DNA of 64,000 nucleotides from an uncultured Fibrobacteria bacterium (lineage in GTDB: Bacteria > Fibrobacterota > Fibrobacteria > UBA11236), in assembly GCA_963716395.1 (NCBI GenBank), contig OY970309.1:800001-864000 (forward strand), read 5' to 3'. This document shows, piece by piece, positions 58,638 through 64,000 of the stretch; position 1 is the stretch's first letter, and every line of letters begins with the position of its first letter. Both the position numbers and the translations under genes were made by a program. Under the pieces are notes generated by a model that searched no databases, had not been told where the DNA came from, and saw only the letters and a list, made by a program, of their open reading frames with translations.

Positions 58638-59062
58638 AATATATATTCGCAATACTTTTATTTTACATCAATGTGTTATGTACAGAATCATATAGCGTAA
58701 AGCAAAAGATTTGTCTCGAAGGCAAAAACGAAATATTTGTTATTGTCGATTCTTCAGGTGAAAAACCAATTAATGTGAAAGTTCATGGTCTTAAAATTAG
58801 GCATCCAATTCAAGCTATTGATTCTGCATTGGGGGATGAAACGATCGGAGATTCACTTCAATACATACCTAAAGACCAAGCAAGTTGGAATTGGCTATTA
58901 AATTTAAAAAATCAAAATAAAAAAATAAAAATTTGTGGTAACTTAGAAGTCCAAATTACTGCGCATCACTACACTCCTGTACTGATTGTGGTAGATTCGA
59001 TTTTTCTTTTAAAGCCAACTTTTAAAAAAATCTGGCCGACGAAAATAAACTCAAGCCATTGA
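58634..59062 (+). CDS. Putative immunity protein 2 (exported)
   Basis: ATGA overlap with the toxin; signal-like [16 protein letters not shown]; very AT-rich. Confidence 0.65.
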   Translation: MKYIFAILLFYINVLCTESYSVKQKICLEGKNEIFVIVDSSGEKPINVKVHGLKIRHPIQAIDSALGDETIGDSLQYIPKDQASWNWLLNLKNQNKKIKICGNLEVQITAHHYTPVLIVVDSIFLLKPTFKKIWPTKINSSH

Positions 59063-59116
59063 CGGCATGAATAAACAACTTGTAGCAAGTTTCGAGGAAT
59101 CAATTTCGAGGTGTTT

Positions 59117-59278
59117 CCTTATGAATCCCCTCATTTCGAATAAGCGCTTGATTTTAAAAGGGTTGCAGGTGTTGCGATATTTGTAACATCTGGTTTTATG
59201 CGGCCTTGCAGGCCGCGCCAAATAAGGATTGGAAGGCGAGGAAACATCTAGGTTACCAAAATGAGGGGATTCATAAGG
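59117..59278. mobile_element. 162-bp MITE / internally deleted IS with perfect 20-bp terminal inverted repeats
   Basis: CCTTATGAATCCCCTCATTT (59117-59136) and AAATGAGGGGATTCATAAGG (59259-59278). Internal IHF-consensus TAAGCGCTTGATT and a GCGGCC/GGCCGC hairpin. Confidence 0.8.
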
Positions 59279-60457
59279 TCTATAACAACAACGGGGATTT
59301 GCAAACCAAAACCGAAACCGGCCAGACGACCACTTATAATTACGATGTGTTCGGAAACTTGACCGAGGTACAGTTACCGGGTGGAACCGATATTCAATAC
59401 GTGATAGACGGACAGAACCGGCGAGTGGGCAAAAAGGTGAATGGCGTTTTGGTGCAGGAATTTTTATATCAGAACCAATTGAATCCGGTGGCCGAGTTGG
59501 ATGGGTCGGGCAATGTTGTGGCCCGATTCGTGTATGGATCCAGGTCCAATGTACCCGATCTCATGATCAAGGGTGGGGTTACGTACCGGATTATTTCGGA
59601 TCATCTAGGAAGTCCGAGGTTTGTGATTAATACCGCAACAGGAGCCGTAGTACAGCAGATAGATTACGACGAATTCGGAAACGTCACCCTCGATAGCAAT
59701 CCCGGATTTCAGCCGTTTGGTTTCGCAGGTGGGTTGTATGACGAGGATACGAAGTTGGTGCGGTTTGGGGCAAGGGATTATGCCAGTGATATTGGCAGGT
59801 GGATTACTAGAGATCCGATTGGGTTCGCTGGAGGGTCGAATCTTTATCGATACTGTATGAATGAACCAGTAAATGTACTTGACCCAACTGGCTTACTTGT
59901 GGTATTTGCCGGGCCGAACTTTAATGCGGCTGCGGGACCATCCGGAGTTGCAGGCGGATCGGGCCCGTACTGGGATTTTTCAAATGGTTCTGGTGGAACG
60001 TATGACTACTCAGGGAAATCTACTGGTGCTAATGTAAGCGCGGGATGGGAGTTTGGGATAGGTAGAGGTTCCGCAAATGATTTTGCAGGAGACTTTAACA
60101 ATATATCCTTCTCTGGATTTGGAATTGAAGTTTCTGCTCATTTTGACAGTGATGGTAATTTTTGGGGATTCAGTGCGGGACCGAGTGAGGGTTTTGGGGT
60201 ATCCGGTTCTCAAACGAATACCGAAACTTCCTCACCTAACAGGGTGTTGAAAAAGGATTTTTGGCACCCTGAAAATGATCTCCCAGTATCGAATTCATTC
60301 AGATTTCAAAGATCGTGGGTAACATACATGGTACATAAATCGACTTTTTCAACACCCTGCTAATGCAAATGGAAAACAATCCGAAAGTACTAGTAGTAAT
60401 GGTGGAAATAATGGTGGTGATAATACTAATGGAAACAAAGGTACCAATTGTAACTAA
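59278..60457 (+). pseudogene. Orphan Rhs cassette 3 with Gly/Ser/Phe beta-rich tip, frameshifted by an ACAT duplication
   Basis: Core to DPTGL (59881). Removing one ACAT at 60322-60329 extends the frame to TAA 60457. Confidence 0.8.
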
Positions 60458-60468
60458 AAAGGTCACTC

Positions 60469-60714
60469 ATGCGCGTAAGAATAAAATATTGGTTTGGAAT
60501 AATGGGTTTTACCGTAGTGTCCCTATTGACCGGGCTAGTTGCTTTGCGTTTTCAGCCGCTACTATTTTTGGTATTAGTTTGGATTGGGTGTTGGATTCTT
60601 TTTGTATTGGAGTTGAAATGCCCTTCATGCAAAAAGCCTGCAATTCCTAGGTGGCGAATATGGTTTCATGCAATTCCACCGAAAAAGTGCAGTAGTTGTG
60701 GATTTAAGTTCTAG
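60469..60714 (+). CDS. Putative immunity protein 3 (2 TM helices plus CxxC/CxxC zinc ribbon)
   Basis: SD AAGG; CPSC and CSSC motifs. Confidence 0.65.
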   Translation: MRVRIKYWFGIMGFTVVSLLTGLVALRFQPLLFLVLVWIGCWILFVLELKCPSCKKPAIPRWRIWFHAIPPKKCSSCGFKF

Positions 60715-60715
60715 C

Positions 60716-61201
60716 CGGTATTCGAGTAGAAATCCAATTCAGTTTTGGGGAGGGTTGAATTTATACGAATACGCGTGTGGGAACCCAGTCATCTATATCG
60801 ATCCTTTTGGCCTTTGCTGGATTTACAGACAATCGACGGAAAAATTGACGCTTGTCGACAACGAAGGCTCCGCATACGTCGGGACTGGTTATGCCGGCTA
60901 CGGGATGGGTCTTAATAACCCGTCGATGCAGAATATTCCGGATACCAGCCCTTTGTCACACGGGCAATATACGATCGGCCCCCAGCACACAAATACCACT
61001 CAAGCAGGTGTAACCTTTCCAGGCTCTATGCGACTGACTCCGAATCCGAATAATCAAATGTATGAACGTGATGGTTTCTTGATTCACGGACCACATGCTA
61101 ACGACAAACACAATTCTTCCGAAGGCTTTCCCGTTTTCAACAAGAATGTTCGAATTTGAATCTGTAATAGTGGAGACAACTGCTTCAAGGTCGTGCCATG
61201 A
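60716..61201 (+). pseudogene. Orphan Rhs cassette 4: degenerate Tlde1-like tip
   Basis: NLYEY..NPVIYIDPFGL; RDGFLIHG..SEGF (Cys lost); internal TGA at 61157; the frame continues to VVP-stop at 61201. Confidence 0.8.
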
Positions 61202-61710
61202 AAGTCACTTGCATTCTCGCGTGCTTGGGAATCGCTTTGGCAACTATGAATTCTGCACAGGCAGATCAACACTCAACTAAAGTAGCTCCAAAGGGAGAAA
61301 CGTTTGTCGAAACAACTGCTGGAAAGTCGACAGTGCAAGTGAAGCTTAAGACACATGAAGTGCAAATCGGGAGACAAAGTGATCCTCGTCCGACTGTAAT
61401 CGAATCGAACTGCACTTACAGCAGGTACCCGTGCAGCATTGTCGATCAGGTCGACATCACGGTGGATGGTAACCCGCTCTTTGTTCAGCGATCAATATTC
61501 GCTGACCTAGCCGACTTAAATAAAGCGGAGATAAGAATAGGGGGAAAGGGGCGGGGCCTCACGCTTTATGGCGGTGATGCTTCGGAGAGCTATATCGTCA
61601 AGATCGCCTTTGATTCCACACAGATAAAGAGCCGAACCGTTTCCAGCGGTATTTCACCGGGTCACGTTTTACAAGAAACGATTTACCATCAAGATGTTGT
61701 TGGAGAGTAA
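61198..61710 (+). CDS. Putative immunity protein 4 (exported)
   Basis: ATGA overlap with the restored toxin stop; signal peptide ending AQA. Confidence 0.7.
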   Translation: MKVTCILACLGIALATMNSAQADQHSTKVAPKGETFVETTAGKSTVQVKLKTHEVQIGRQSDPRPTVIESNCTYSRYPCSIVDQVDITVDGNPLFVQRSIFADLADLNKAEIRIGGKGRGLTLYGGDASESYIVKIAFDSTQIKSRTVSSGISPGHVLQETIYHQDVVGE

Positions 61711-61720
61711 TTTCTGGCAA

Positions 61721-61917
61721 TATGGCAGCAAGGGTAATGTTCCGGATTTGATGATAAAAGGCGGGGTTATTTGCCAGATTATTTCAGACGCTGAGACAGT
61801 AATCCCGAGCGCGTTTTGATCGGGTGGCAGGAAGGTCGTTTTGAAGTGGTGGCCAGCCCGAGCATCGTCTGGGAATATGCGGCAGTAGGCAGGTGGATTT
61901 CCAAGCATCCCAACTGA
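61721..61917 (+). pseudogene. Scar of Rhs-core and PIN-toxin fragments
   Basis: [19 protein letters not shown] (61721-61789), NPERVLIGWQEGRFEVVASPSIVWEY, GRWISKHP. Confidence 0.55.
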
Positions 61918-61942
61918 TGTAGAAATGCCAATACGAAAAAGG

Positions 61943-62302
61943 CTAGATGAACCGGTCCGCCGAGACTTTGAAAAGGTGGCCGAGATCCTTGGCCACGCCC
62001 TTGCTGATGGCACGCTGGTTGTTCTCGAAGTCGGAGACGCGGGCGGCCTTCACACCGCCGAGCTTCTCGCCGAGTTCAGCCTGCGACCATCCATGCGCTT
62101 CGCGCAGGTGCCTAACCCAAAGCCCCGCCTTCATGGTCGCCGAAACCTGCTTGTGCAGTTCAGTCTCGAAATATTCCACCGCCACATCTTCCTCCTTGAG
62201 GAGATAAGGGGCATAACGCCGCCGCACGTCCTGCAGGACACGGCGAGGGGTGCCGGAACGGAAGTGAAGATCAATAGAGCGCGTCTTTGTGGCTACCGAC
62301 AT
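61943..62302 (-). CDS. Xre/HTH antitoxin (HigA-like)
   Basis: LREAHGWSQAELGEKLG..VSDFENNQRAISK; downstream of the toxin. Confidence 0.85.
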   Translation of the reverse strand: MSVATKTRSIDLHFRSGTPRRVLQDVRRRYAPYLLKEEDVAVEYFETELHKQVSATMKAGLWVRHLREAHGWSQAELGEKLGGVKAARVSDFENNQRAISKGVAKDLGHLFKVSADRFI

Positions 62303-62552
62303 AATACACCTCGATGGCGATGATCTCTTTCTGATGCTCCCAGCAGGCCACGTAGCCGTGGCTTCGCGCCAGGTGGCAGTGATACTTGTTCTTCCGGCCT
62401 TTCAGCTTGCCGAAGTTCGTCCAGCCGTTCGGGCCTGTAGGGCCGCTGGTTCTAAGCACTCCCGCCAGAGCCTCGAACCGCTGTTGAACCTCCAGGGGCA
62501 TCTTGGAAAGGCTTTTAAGGGCCGAGTTCCTGATAGTGACCCGGTACTCCAC
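62271..62552 (-). CDS. RelE/HigB-like toxin
   Basis: YRVTI..ALKSLSKMP..FGKLKG..YHCHL..IEVYYVGSH; toxin-first order; GTG start. Confidence 0.8.
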   Translation of the reverse strand: MEYRVTIRNSALKSLSKMPLEVQQRFEALAGVLRTSGPTGPNGWTNFGKLKGRKNKYHCHLARSHGYVACWEHQKEIIAIEVYYVGSHKDALY

Positions 62553-62559
62553 CAAAAGC

Positions 62560-62588
62560 AGTATACCCCATATCGGGGTATATGTCAA
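62560..62588 (-). promoter_or_regulatory. Sigma70 promoter with embedded operator palindrome (TA autoregulation)
   Basis: TTGACA-N17-TATACT; TATACCCC-N5-GGGGTATA at 62562-62582. Confidence 0.85.
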
Positions 62589-62967
62589 ACGAAGCCTCGA
62601 AAAGCGAAGGATAGCGCAGACGGCCCGGGATTAGCCCACCGGAGGCGGACGTAGCCGAAGCCGGGCGGTTGACAGCATGCTGTTACCTATAGAGGCCACC
62701 TTTAAAATATATCGAATATGTCGATCTCTAAATCAGAGTAACATGCTTTGACGGGTTTTGGATCAAGGAAGCTTTGAGATGGAAGAAGTAGAGGCCGACG
62801 ACTTGTTCACAGGAGCGCATCTCCTTAGCCGGGTCGGGCGGCGGCTGCGTACCGAGCTTTCCGCCCGCGATCACGTGACCTCGGTTGCGACCTGAATCAA
62901 ACCCGCATCAAGATCTCGCTATTTGATCGAATTTCTCGCACGGGCCGCCAAGCCACTCCTCTCCCCA

Positions 62968-63909
62968 TCACCCGCCGAACCCGATACTCCGGGTTTTCAG
63001 GATGCGCTCGGAAATCGCGTTCTCAGGCAAAGTCCGGGACGGCGGGAGCGAGCGCGTGGGCAACAGCGCGTCGACCAAATCATTCGGCGACGCCATGCCG
63101 AGCAAGCCGCTGATCTGGGCGGCACTTTCTGTTCCGACCCAATACGAACCGTGGCCGTATTGCAACGACGTCATATCTTTGCCGCCATTCCATACGCCCG
63201 CGGGGCCTCCGGTGCGGCCCACCGCCGTGGCCAAGCCTTCGCCCGCCAGCAATTCGCCGGGCGGAAAGGCGTAATGCAACACATCGTCGGCGCGCGAATG
63301 CAACACCAGCCGATCGGGCAAGGCCACCGAAGTTGGAAACAGCCACCGATCGGACGGCACATCGGAGTCGCGTTGCGGATGCTCCAGCCCTTCGGGCACG
63401 GCAGCCGCCATCAGGCAAATCGCCTTGATCACCGCCGATCCGCGCTTGGCGGCCACCGAGGTGGGAAAGGCTTTGACGCATTCGAGCGCCACGCGGCAAC
63501 CGAGGGAATGGGCGATGAGCACGATTTCCAGGGGCATGGATGCGGGGCCGGAAAAGACCGCCAAGTAATCGGCCAACAGTTTTCCCGTGGCCTCGGCCTT
63601 GGGCACCTGAAAGGGATAGGCCAAGGGCGAAAGCGGACTGTTCACGTCGCCGGGCCAGAGGAATCCCACCATGCCGTTGAGCGGCGCGGGAAAGCCCCAG
63701 ATGGCGATCAGGTTTTGGCACAGGTGCTGGTAGGCGGCTTTGCCGCCGGGTTCGTCCACATTGAACCCGTGGATTAAAATCACCACCCGGCATTTTCCCT
63801 GCAGGCTGAAATTGCCGAGCCCGGCCTCGCTCACGGCGGAAGCCAAGCCGCCGCCCTCGGCCTGCTGACGGCTGTTTAAAAGCGGGAGATCGTATTCCGC
63901 GTCGGCCAT
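62968..63909 (-). CDS. Alpha/beta hydrolase (DUF900-like)
   Basis: ILIHGFN, GFLWPG, IAHSLG, LMAAA, GHGSY. Confidence 0.8.
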   Translation of the reverse strand: MADAEYDLPLLNSRQQAEGGGLASAVSEAGLGNFSLQGKCRVVILIHGFNVDEPGGKAAYQHLCQNLIAIWGFPAPLNGMVGFLWPGDVNSPLSPLAYPFQVPKAEATGKLLADYLAVFSGPASMPLEIVLIAHSLGCRVALECVKAFPTSVAAKRGSAVIKAICLMAAAVPEGLEHPQRDSDVPSDRWLFPTSVALPDRLVLHSRADDVLHYAFPPGELLAGEGLATAVGRTGGPAGVWNGGKDMTSLQYGHGSYWVGTESAAQISGLLGMASPNDLVDALLPTRSLPPSRTLPENAISERILKTRSIGFGG

Positions 63910-63921
63910 GCGTTCTTTCTT

Positions 63922-64000
63922 TCAATCCCGCAGCGCCTGCACGGCGGCGATGACGTCCCGCGCCACCGGAGCCAGAAATCCGCTCAAGACCGCGATTAAA
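63922..64000 (-). CDS. 3' end of a membrane protein (partial)
   Basis: LIAVLSGFLAPVARDVIAAVQALRD* upstream of the hydrolase. Confidence 0.45.
   Translation of the reverse strand, partial: LIAVLSGFLAPVARDVIAAVQALRD

Noticed and set aside
59206-59277. N-terminus of track ORF 59206-60363 (likewise 57618-57782 and 60668-60715)
   Set aside because: Fortuitous read-through from the MITE or from immunity genes; not part of the Rhs homology.
60363-60650. 95-aa ORF in the track
   Set aside because: An alternative frame over the frameshifted toxin tail and immunity gene 3.
62600-62750. Possible attC half-site (GGTTGACAGCATGCTGTTAC, palindrome 62672-62683), and a weak hairpin at 55366-55455
   Set aside because: No matching complementary arm, no repeated attC sites between cassettes and no integrase.
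1-64000. CRISPR arrays, tRNA/rRNA genes, integrases, prophage genes
   Set aside because: None recognised by eye; a covariance-model scan would be needed to exclude small RNAs.

Overview
GC-rich bacterial chromosome window from a flagellated diderm; gene content tentatively suggests a Fibrobacterota-like lineage, but the sequence alone does not establish this. 1-46.8 kb is mostly core genome: an envelope operon (predicted beta-rich OM protein, ExbB/MotA-like, ExbD-like, Ig-repeat protein), pfkB kinase, sua5/tsaC, fatty-acid hydroxylase, a merR-GT2/TPR-GT2/TPR-flgM unit with sigma54 and sigma28 promoter matches, hisC, thrS-infC-rpmI-rplT-pheS-pheT, zapB-like-zapA-6S RNA, an HTTM pair, folD-orphan adenine MTase-ispA-dxs-trmH, and a complex I operon with fused NuoB-C and no NuoEFG. 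About 46.9-62.9 kb is an accessory, progressively AT-richer locus. It holds a ~2500-aa teneurin-like YD/Rhs protein with a predicted signal peptide and a Tlde1-like (L,D-transpeptidase-fold) toxin tip. Behind it are an immunity gene, four orphan Rhs-core/toxin/immunity cassettes (mosaic near-identical repeats; one frameshifted, one with stop and catalytic mutations), a 162-bp MITE, gene scars and a HigBA-type TA pair. All assignments come from motif recognition by eye; no database searches were run.
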